Shown here one piece after another: positions 15,980-26,500 of a stretch of 40,732 nucleotides of DNA (its first letter is position 1; each line of letters begins with the position of its first letter). The notes beneath the pieces are model-generated. The model had not been told where the DNA came from, did not search any database, and worked only from the letters and a program-made list of their open reading frames with translations. Position numbers and translations under genes: made by a program. The DNA is from a virus (taxonomy: Duplodnaviria > Caudoviricetes), in IMG/VR virus record IMGVR_UViG_3300006867_000025, positions 1 through 40,732 of that record; one strand, written 5' to 3'.

Positions 15980-17272
15980 TTAGGGTCCGTAGACCGCGAA
16001 GTTGTACTGGAACGTGCGGCTTATGGTGTAGGACGTATAGACCCGATGACGGGCTGTGATGGTGATGGTGCCTACAACGAATGCCTCACTGTTCTGGGGG
16101 GCTGAGACGGTTATATAAATACTTCCCGACCCATAGCTCGAGGTTCGGTCAGCCTGGCTAGCTAGTAAGTCATAGCTGGTGCCATTCATGACCAGTGTGA
16201 CGGAGTTAAGTGAACCTATGTTTTCAGAGAGAACATCAACCTCATGTACGAATTGATATTCGCATAGGTCTTCCATTTCGGGCGCGTAGCCCATGGTCCA
16301 ATCCGTGCCTGGATACCAGGAGACAGTTGCGCTCCCCGCCTGGCCGGTAGTGTTGATGGTGGTGTACTTATTACCTGGTCCGCTCTGGAAGAATATCGAC
16401 GTGAAGCTATCGTAGAAGTTCGACAGCGATATCGTTCCAGAGGTTGGGATGTTGGCGTTGTTGGGGGTTCCCGTTGTTATGTTGGGAACATATGTGCCGC
16501 CGCGATAATAGTTCGACATCGCAGCTGTGCCATAAGTACCAGGCGATCCACCAGAGGGCCCAAAAAGGCGCCTCACGTTGTCCATGGATATAGCGCCGCT
16601 AGATACCCCAATCGGTATCCTGGTGCCTTCAGGTGGGCTTGTTGGGGTGCTTATCGTGGCCGTGTGACTCACCCCGCCAATTGAGATCGTGGCGCTTGTC
16701 GATGTGTTGTAGCTCGAGCTCGAGGTACCGTAGACGTAGATGTAGTCGTTGTTGGTCACCGTCTTTGCAGCGGAGCTCAGCGTTCCGTTGTTGACTCGAA
16801 ACCTGGTGCTTGCTGTTCCTGACGCGGACGCAGTGACCGCGACGTTGATCCCAGTGACCCTGAATTGACCGAGAGCATACTCAGTGCCTGGTATAGCGCT
16901 GCTGATGTTGCTAAAGGAAAAGGCGTCAGGGGTCGAGTCGGTGCTACTGACGATGTTGAGGTAGATCGTGGCAGTGCCATAGCCAGAGATCGACACCGTC
17001 AGGTTGGGCGTTCCGTTGGCAGCGCCGGATTTGATAGTCCGCGTTTGGCTTGAACCTCGAGCAACCGACATTGATGAGGTTGAGGTCCAGAAGCTCGAGC
17101 TAAACGCGTAAACGCTAGCGTTTCCTGTGGAAGGCGGGCTAGCGCTTGAGTGCGTGACGGTTAGGACATCGCCCGGCCCCATATCGAGCCTGTTGTTCGA
17201 AGAGCCGCCTCCGAGCACAAAGATCGTACTGAGCTCTGCGTCAGCGAATACGGTAACCGAGCGATTAGCCAT
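15980..17272 (-). CDS. Tail fibre-associated / adhesin-like virion protein
   Basis: Ser/Thr/Gly-rich beta protein; SGAISM...FG...MSNYYRGG.YVP...IPTSGTISLSNFY motif typical of fibre-tip proteins. Confidence 0.65.
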   Translation of the reverse strand: MANRSVTVFADAELSTIFVLGGGSSNNRLDMGPGDVLTVTHSSASPPSTGNASVYAFSSSFWTSTSSMSVARGSSQTRTIKSGAANGTPNLTVSISGYGTATIYLNIVSSTDSTPDAFSFSNISSAIPGTEYALGQFRVTGINVAVTASASGTASTRFRVNNGTLSSAAKTVTNNDYIYVYGTSSSSYNTSTSATISIGGVSHTATISTPTSPPEGTRIPIGVSSGAISMDNVRRLFGPSGGSPGTYGTAAMSNYYRGGTYVPNITTGTPNNANIPTSGTISLSNFYDSFTSIFFQSGPGNKYTTINTTGQAGSATVSWYPGTDWTMGYAPEMEDLCEYQFVHEVDVLSENIGSLNSVTLVMNGTSYDLLASQADRTSSYGSGSIYITVSAPQNSEAFVVGTITITARHRVYTSYTISRTFQYNFAVYGP

Positions 17273-17286
17273 AACCTACCTCCTGC

Positions 17287-17538
17287 TTAGTCAGCCCAGA
17301 CAGCAGCTGCGATAGTCTGGACCAGGGGGTCGTGACCGGATACGTCCGTGGGCGTTTCCGTCACGTTGCCTTCCTCGTCCGTGGTGCTGGTCATCCTGTT
17401 CAGGTGAACCACACGCTGGGAGGTGTGGGGCAGCTGATCGTCGTCCGGGTCATCGAACACGTCGGTGTAGACCACCATGAGGCGGGTGTCCTCGTACACT
17501 TCCACACGCTGAACAGTCGTCGTCTTAGTGATTGCCAT
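17287..17538 (-). CDS. Small tail fibre-associated protein
   Basis: Directly follows the S74-capped fibre; DVSGHDPLVQTIAAAVW; AAGGAG RBS. Confidence 0.65.
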   Translation of the reverse strand: MAITKTTTVQRVEVYEDTRLMVVYTDVFDDPDDDQLPHTSQRVVHLNRMTSTTDEEGNVTETPTDVSGHDPLVQTIAAAVWAD

Positions 17539-20500
17539 CTTCAAGCTCCTTTAGCTTTACTTTCAAACTATCCACCTCAGCAGACAGCTCCTTAATCGCC
17601 TCGATAGCGAGGCCCATCATTTGCCCATAGCGAACGGCCAGGAACTTCTCGCCGTTCTCGCTCTTGCCTACCTCTGCTGATTCATAGATGACCTCGGGCA
17701 GGACTTCTTGCACTTGCTGCGCGATAACACCAGTAGAACGTGAGCCGTCCTTCTTGTAGTTGAACGTCACCCCGTCCAGGCGCTTAACCTTACCCAGGGC
17801 ATCAGTGATCGGCTCGATGTTCTCCTTCAGGCGAATATCAGAAGCAGACCCGTAAGCCGTGACATTCCCTTCCGCGATGATGTTGCCGTTTGTGGCTAAC
17901 TCAATGGCGTAGTTGCTCGCCGTACCTTGCCCTGACGTACTGGAGTTTAGACCCACATAGAACGGGTTGTATCCTGAGCTAGTTAGGTCTTGTCCCACGA
18001 ACAAACGGATAGCTTGCCCAGACGAGCGAACGTCAAAGATGGACCCGTCTCCGCTTGGGTTTAAGGCAGTCCGTAGGGTGATCCCCGCTCCAGAGGCGTT
18101 TGAGTTGGAGTTGTTCTCAAAGAGGACGTCGCCCCGGCCAACGTTAAAGGTCGTAGTGCCGCCTGATATATTATGGTTCCCGCCATTTACCGTCAGCGTT
18201 CTTGCTGAATTGATAACGTCGGTACCATTTACCTGATAGCCAGCAGTGGCATTAGCAACACCACCATGGGTAACACTAAATCGGCGTGCTGGTGTGCTAG
18301 TCCAGGCCGCAAAACAGTAGGTTGAATCCGCACCTATGGCGCCCCATCCGACGGAGTCAGTAGTACGCTCAAGGGTTAGCTGGATACTTGCGCTTGCTGC
18401 CGCGAAGTTTGATGCGTAGCTTAGGTTCTGGCCGCCGCTAGCCCCCTCAACAGATATGACGCCAGAGGAGATGGTGCCGGTGAACTGCACCGACTCGTCA
18501 GGGTTTATCGTGATCGGCTCGCGCCAAGTGCCGTTCTCTCGTACCGCGAGGACCATCTTTGCTGAGCGGTTAGCTGATACTGAGAAGTCCTCTGTTGCTT
18601 GCGTCCTAATATAAGAGCCAGCAACGTTGTTAGCCGGGGCGAAGTAAAGGTTCGCGGTGTTGCCGGTTGTGGCATTAGAGTTGCGAATGTAGAAGTTTGT
18701 CGTAGTCGCGTGACTTGACGTAAAAAACGCTGCGTCATCGTTAGTCGTTGCGCTAGTAATTGCCCCAGAGGATATGGTGCCGATATTGGTCAGGTTGCGG
18801 CTAGCGTCAATGATCTTAGTCGTTCCTATCTCAAAGGAACCGTCACCCCTAAACCGTGCAATCGCGTTTGATCCGTATTCTGCTTGGCCGCCCGATGCAG
18901 AATAGCCAATTACAAAAGCATCAAAACCACCGTTGTACTGCATACCCGCAAACCACTCCTTGCCAGAGTAGCTCACGTCTTCGTAGAAGGTGCCTATCCC
19001 TCGGCCCTCATAGCCGATCATTTGTATTTGAGTGGTAGTCGCGGGCGCTCCTGCTGTATCACTTGCTTCAATCGTTAGAGTGGTCCCGGTCTGATTGCCG
19101 CCTATCGTTGCTCCGGTTGCGGTTAGGTTTCCACTGGTAGTAATAGCGCCCGATGTAAATGTGCCTGCGTTTATTAATCCAGCCGCAGTGAGGTAAAGGC
19201 GCTGACCAGAAACATTACCTGTCGGATAGAAATAAATTGTATTTGAGTTAGCCGCAATGGTTGGCTTACCGTCGGTGTAGGCACCCCCCCAACTCAAATT
19301 GTAGCCACTGCCTACATGCAAACTATTTGATGTCGTAATTAGTCCGCTCGCAGTGATCGTACCAATGGCGCTGAGGTTGCGGCTGGCGTCGATGACTGTG
19401 GTCGTTCCGACAACGTAGCCTCCGGTGCTTGCAACCTGCCCGGTGTCCCCATTCAGAAAGACGGTAGCGCTACCGTTTGCGGCGACGTACATACCCCAGC
19501 CAGCAGAACCTACTGAGCTTAGGTAGGTCGCATCCCCCTGCTTCGCATACCCAATGCCGTACATGCTGCTCAGCGTGTCTTCGGCAGGGTTGTAGCTGCT
19601 TCCGATTGTGTAGATTGGATTGGATTTGGCTTTGTTGTTGCCGATGTTGTTGTAACCACCTTCAAGATGTCCGCTTTGATGCGTACTTCTTATGAGCGTC
19701 GCACCAGAACCAAGCGTTATGTCTCCGGTAGTCGTAATGTTTGCGGGGGTCAGGTCACGGGCGCTAGAGATCACCTCTGTGCCGTTGATCTTAATACCAA
19801 GGCCGCTCTGGAGATTGAGGTCCGACCGTAATTCAACCTCCGCATAAGGCGTTCCAAGATAAAGTTTCTGTGCGCTATGATCGCGCCAGATAATATTTGT
19901 TATTGCATCAGTACTGTCAGAAACCACAAAGTCGACATCATCAGCCACAACAACTGTTGCGGTTAGATATCCAGATGAGTTGGCTATTCGCGAACCACCA
20001 GCATATAGCTGGTTGCCATAAACATTTCCATCAACATTTAGATTTCCCGCCGCTACAGAATCAATATTGCCATCATTGCTAACGTGAACACCGCCGTCAT
20101 CAGTGATGATCATTCGTAGAGTTGGGCCGCCCTCGCTGTCAGTAGTATAGAAGCCTAATCCAGCGTCTTCAAAAGAGGTTTCACCAGAGCGAGTGTCAAT
20201 GGATTTAATTGCGGCATTTACACCGTTTGTTAAGGCTCCTGAACTGTTTTCAGCGCCTACCACTCCGAATTCTATTCCAGAGTAGACATCTCCTTGGCCT
20301 GTGTTGGATTCTGTTGCGCTTAAAATTCTAAGAATATTTGGAGAAGAATCTGCGGTTCCAGCAGTGCTAGTAATAGCACCTGCGAAGGTTGCGGTATTAT
20401 CGCCGTCCAGCCTTAACGCTGTCGTTACGTTCGATCCATCATAAGTTTGGAATGACAGAGAATAGTTGTTGACTAGCCCCTCAACGATACGAGCGTCGCC

Positions 20501-23500
20501 GTTTGCCCAATCCAACATCCCGCCCGAAGGCAGATCAAATTCGGTTCCATAAACTCTCCCAGAGCTAGTGATAGCCCCAGAGGAGATGGTGCCGATGCTC
20601 GTCAGGTTGCGGCTGGAGTCGATGATCTGAGTCGCGCCAATCTTTATTCCGTCTTCAGCGCGCAGGGTGCCATCAACAAAGAGCCTTTCGTTATAGGTAG
20701 TCGCGTTATCCGAGATCGTTACATACCCATCATCCGTTATCAGCATTTTCGGCTGCTGGACGTCGGTGTGTGCTCCGCTTCGCATCATGAAGTAAAGCCG
20801 ACCATTACCAGAGTTGTCGTTTCTAAGAACGATCCTAGAGCTTGCGGAGCCGCCCCCGTCTGCTCGCATAAATATGGACGACATTTGGTCCGCACTTGTG
20901 GTGCTGTTGCCGTTATACAGCACCAGCGTATCCCAGTCCTGCTCAGTCCAGCTTGGCGTATCTGAATATGAGTCAGACCTATCGTGCTGGGTCTTAATTT
21001 TTCCGCCACCAGAGATAGAGCCGGTAGCAGTGATGTTCGCCGGGGTAAGGTCACGGGAGCTGGAGATCACCTCCGTCCCGTTGATCTTGATGCCCTTGCC
21101 CGAATCCATATCAAGACCGTTCTCGTCGATATGGAAAATGTTAGTCAGATCAACGCTTACACCGTCGGTCACGCCGGACTTAAGCTCAAAGTACATGGTC
21201 GCGCCGGTAGAGGAATCGGTGTTGACCTCGATCCGTGCGGCGTTGCCGTTCTGCTCAGGGATGCCGTCGGCATGGTTAAAGGTGACGTTGGCGTTACCTT
21301 TGCTGTCATTGACGGTAAGGGCTACGCCGCCAGAGCCTTCCCCTGACACGATATTGTCCGAGCTGCGGAACTTGCCGGTGGTTTTGTAGTCCCCGGTGCC
21401 GCCGGTCTTACTGGTCAAGCCGTCAAAAGAAAGACTCGTGAGATAGCCCGCCGACGCATGATTGCCCCAGCCATAAGCCGTGCCCCAATTACTTACGTCC
21501 GTGCTTGAGAAATCAGCGCTATTCCAGAACTTAGTCCACGTCGTGTCCCACGTTCCCCCGGTCCTGCGTCGTGCGTAAAGGTCAACGCGGTTCGCAGCGC
21601 CCCCGTAGGCTCCGACCCACTGTTGAGGCTGGCTTCCGTCGTTGATGTCAAGCATCCACGCATAGTCATCAGGCGCGTTGGTAGGCGCAGAGCTACCCCA
21701 CGCGTAGAAGCCATTGCCGGGACTGTTCGCTGTTCCCGACGCAATGTCGTCGGTGCTATCTAAGATCGTTCGATCAATAGAGGACAGGTCCGCTGTGGTA
21801 AGAATCCGTTCTCCGTTCCACTGTAGCTTGTAGGACGTATTATTTGGGATGAAATTTAAATGCTGGCTAGCGTCATGCCATATCTGCCAGCTTGCCGAGC
21901 CGCTTCTAGTAAACGTAAACAGGGTGCGGTTGCCGTCAGTGTCAGCACTGATGTCGTATCCGTTTGGTTCAAACTTTATCCCCTGCTTAACGTCTAAGTT
22001 GCCGCCTATATCTACGTCTTTGTTCTGATACAGCTCCAACGCAATATCGGAACTATTATCTCCCGGCGAGAAGATCAGGCTGTCATCACCATTTGAGTCC
22101 AGCCACATTTCATACTGGCCGCCGGTAGTCTTGATCGTTATCCCAGCGTCGCGGTCGTTGGTGTTTTCAATCAGAAGGTCATGACGGTATCCGCCGTCAT
22201 AGGAATTCCGTAAGTGGAGAAGCTCGCCCCCAGCAGTAGTCCGATTTATTTGTACCGGATGGCTAAAGTCAAACTCGTCACTCGTTCCATCCCATAGGAT
22301 GGAAGCGTCCGTCGATGCGTTGACTGCATCCTGAATCGTGATGCCTGCCCCGTTCGCAGAGGCAGACGTATCCCCAGCCCCGTAATTTAGGGTGATGTTC
22401 TTGTCCTCAACGTCCAACGTGGCAGTGTTGAGCGTGGTGGTCGTCCCGTTGACCGTAAGGTTTCCAGCGATGACGACGTTACCGCTAGAGTCTTTCCCCT
22501 GGAAGTTGCTAGTTACCCACCCAGTTGTTGCTGAGGTTGATACGCCGTCCGAGACGTTGCCGTTTGAGTCGACCGTGAAGCCTGCCCCTGAAGTGGTGAG
22601 GTTGATCGAACGTGCTTCAGTGGTCGAGGGGATACCGCTAGCCGCTAAGCCCGACCCGCCGTAGGAGACCTGCATGCGGAGGTAGTGCGTGCCGGTCGCT
22701 AGAGACGCTGACACGTTACCGTTTAGGACGTTACCGTCATCGACTGCACCGCCAGGCTGCAGAGAAGCGAAGTACAGGGTGCCGCCACCAAACTCAGAGC
22801 CTAGGTATACGGTTTGCTTCTGCACATAGTACTGAGAGGTGGAAGCCGAGCTGCTGTCCGTCTTATTAAACGTGACAGCACCGAAGGTGCTCCAGGTCGA
22901 AGCGTCCGTGCTCTTTTGGATCGTGACCGTAATGCTGGTTGCGACCTGCCCGTACGCGTTGGCTTCCGAAGAGCCGCTTGCGAACAGATAGTTTAGCGGG
23001 TAGTCGAAGTCGACCGTGATCGTCTGCGTGGAGCTCAGCTGGATGGTCGCGTAGTCAGTAGCGCCCGTGAGCTCGTCGGACACAGAAGAGACTAGAGAGC
23101 CCGTAGAAGCAGCGACCTGAGTCGAAGGAAGCCCAAGAAGACCATCCGTGCTGTCGAAGAGCTTCTGCCCAGTCGTACTGTAGAGGGCGAAGTTGGTCAT
23201 GATGACCTTACCGGCCCGAGTCACCCGGAAGGGAGCGTTCGCGCCGCTTGCCCCACCGTTAGCGTCGAAGTCAGCGCCTGCCCAGAAGGCAAAGTTGTCG
23301 GCAGCACGGCCACTCATAACAGCAGCAGTTGAGCCAGAGCCTGCTTTAACAAACTCATCAACGGTCACGTTACCGTCGACCGATAACGTAGTGCCATCAA
23401 AAGAGAGCTTATCTTTTAGGCTGAAGTTGCCACTGCTGTCGAGATAGAAGCCGGTGTTGGTGTTGTTGTGGGTGCCAGTGCCTTGATAGAGCTTGCTAGA

Positions 23501-26500
23501 CGTAATGATGGTTCCACCTACTGAACCCCCACTGATCGTTCCAGCGTCGGCGTTAATGTCCGCTAGACTAGAGACGTTGATCTTTCCAGCCGTGACTGCA
23601 TTAGCTGCGATCTGGCTTGCGGTGATCGTGCCGTCCACGATCAGGTCGCCGTCAATCTTCTGCGGCAGACCGCCAGCAGGGACTTTATAAAGGGCGCGGA
23701 CCTCAATCGCCGTTAGGGCGCGGTTGTAAGCGCGGACTTCCGTGAGCTTCCCTATAAATACTGAGGCGGCGGTGTTGATGCTGGCTTCAGTGTTGCAGCC
23801 GATAACCACGGGTCGCGAAGAATCGACGGGGGTATAAGACTCCGTGCCGATAAGCTCCCCGTCTAGATACCCGGAGATGGTTCCGTTCCCGTCCTCGCTT
23901 AGACAGAAATGGTGCCACTCATTGGTGGTAACGGTGCCCATTGACTCCGTTCCAGGCTCACCGTAGAGAGTCAGGGTCTGTGAAGTACCGGACTGATCAA
24001 TAATCAGCGCCCATCCATCAGAGGCGTCCCGCCCTATGATTCTGGCTTGACTTTCGCCCGTCGTGGTCTCTGATTTGAACCAGATAGACCACGCAAACCC
24101 ATTAGCTCCCTCTAAGGCGTCCGCGTCTGTGTCATTGAGAAGGGTCCACCCACTTCCTGACGCATTGACCACGGCGTTCCCTGACGGGCTGTCAGTGCTA
24201 AGGGTCGGCGCAGACCCGGAATGAATGCCCGTCTTCCCGGACACCATCTCTTGAAGCTCTTCGTCTCCGTCGCCATCGGTATCTGCTATGGAGTTGCAGG
24301 GCCAATAATAAGTCAAGCCGTCTACCGGGAAGGCGAGATTGATCGCTACGTTTGCGATCTGGCCGTCCGAATCGGTAAGAGTTGCGCCGCTGCTTAGCGT
24401 GAAACTCGCTGCGGTAATGTCACCTGAAACGGTTAGGTCCGTGCCGTCGAAAGATAGCTTGTCCTTCAGAGAGAACTGAGCGCTGTCGTCTAAGTAGAAG
24501 CCAGTATTCGTATTGTTAAACGTGCCGGTACCCAGGTAAATCTTGTCACTGCCGATGGTCAGGCCGCCGATTTCTCCAGAGGTCGCCGTTACTGCCCCCC
24601 GGAATGTGCCGTTCCCCGCCTCAAACGTGCCGTCCGTGGTGAGCTTCCAGCCAGCGCTTCCTGCGCTGTAGTTGGTCGACTGTAGGGTGTCCGCAATCTT
24701 CGCTATGTCGACCGCGTTGTCCTCGATCTGTGGCGTATCTACAGTATCTAGGTCCGCCAAAGCTCCGGTGTTATAGCTAGCGACCTCCTGCCAGGCAGAG
24801 CCGTTGTACCGGAAGAACAGCTGGGTGTCGGTCTGGTACCACAGGTCGCCGGTGCCTTCAGGCGTAGGCGTAGCGGAGCTCGCGGCGTAGAAGGTGGTGA
24901 CCTTACCGTCAGCAGTCGCCTGTGCCGTAGCAGCATCGCTGATAGCAGAGGCAATGCCCGAGTCTCGAGCAGCAACCCAGTCAGTCCCATTGAAGCGATA
25001 AAGCTTGTTACTGTCGTTGGTGTCGATCCAGAGGTCGCCTTCCGAAGAGGAAGCTGCTGCGGGCTCACCGTCCTGATAGAAAGTGACGATCTTACCGTCA
25101 GCGGTAGATTGCGCCGTCGCAGCGTTTGCTAGCGCGTCGGCGATACCGGCGTCTCGAGCTGAGACCCAATCCGTGCCGTTGTAGCGATAGAGCTTGTTGT
25201 CGTCGTTTGTGTCGAACCATAGATCGCCAGTAGAAGATGACGCATCAGCTGGCTCATCGTCCTGATAGAACGTGACAATCTTGCCGTCTGCAGTCGATTG
25301 AGCCGTAGCTGCGCTGGAGATAGCCGACGCGATTCCTGCGTCTCGTACTGAGTCCCAGCTGGTACCGTTGAAGCGGTAGAGTTTGTTGTTGTCGTTCGTA
25401 TCGATCCAAAGATCACCAGTTGAGGAAGACGCCGCTGCTGGCTCGTCGTCCTGGTAAAAAGTGACTACCTTTCCGTCAGCAGTAGATTGAGCTCCAGCTG
25501 CTGCGCTAATAGCAGCTGCAATGCCGCTGTCGCGCGCAGAAACCCAATCTGTGCCGTTGTAGCGATACAGTTTGTTGTTGTCGTTCGTATCGAACCACAA
25601 GTCACCAGTCGAAGACGACGCATCAGCTGGCTCATCGTCCTGGTAGAAGGTCACGATCTTGCCGTCAGCCGTAGACTGCGCGGTAGACGCAGCACTGATT
25701 GCCGAGGCAATTCCAGAGTCTCGTACAGAGTCCCAGGACGTGCCGTTGTAGCGGTAAAGCTTGTTGCTGTCGTTAGTGTCTATCCAAAGATCGCCAGTCG
25801 ATGAGGAGGCATCTGCTGGCTCAGCGTCCTGGAAGAACGTGACTACCTTTCCGTCAGCAGTAGCCTGAGCTCCCGCAGCGTCGGTGATAGCGGTCGCAAT
25901 CCGGGTATCAGCACGGTCGACCCAGGCGCCTCCACTACGGAGGTACATGCGGTAGCCATCGTCAGTATCGATCCAGATATCACCGTCGTTGTAGGTTCCG
26001 CCGGTAGGCTCATCTGCTTGCTGATAGATATTGTTGGCGGTGGCGCCTTCCTCAATCCCCCCTAGCTTGGTGCCCGTAAGGGTGCCGACCGTAATAGTGT
26101 CTGTTGCGAAGTTGGAGGACATCAGCGTGCCCGCAGAGTCCGTAATGAAATAACGAACTCGAACGGCGTAGGTCACGTTGTCCCGTTCAATGGGGACTTC
26201 GACCTGGTTAATGTTCTCCGTATCGAAGACCACCTGGCTGTTGTACTGGTCGGTACCGTTGATGCCCCACTCAACATCGACGTACTGGGCTTGCTCTGGA
26301 ATGTTGCTGAAGGGAACGGTAAGCGTGAGCGCGGTAGAGCCGTCTGCTCGAGTACGCGTGGTGGAGCTCAGCGTGCCAATGACTGGCGTGATCGGGGCAG
26401 CGTTGACCACTTCCTCTTGCCAGCTGAGACCCTCTGGCTCAGTACCTCGAGCATCGTTCCAGGTGTAGACCGAGCTGTCGTATTCCTTCAGCTGTAGGTT

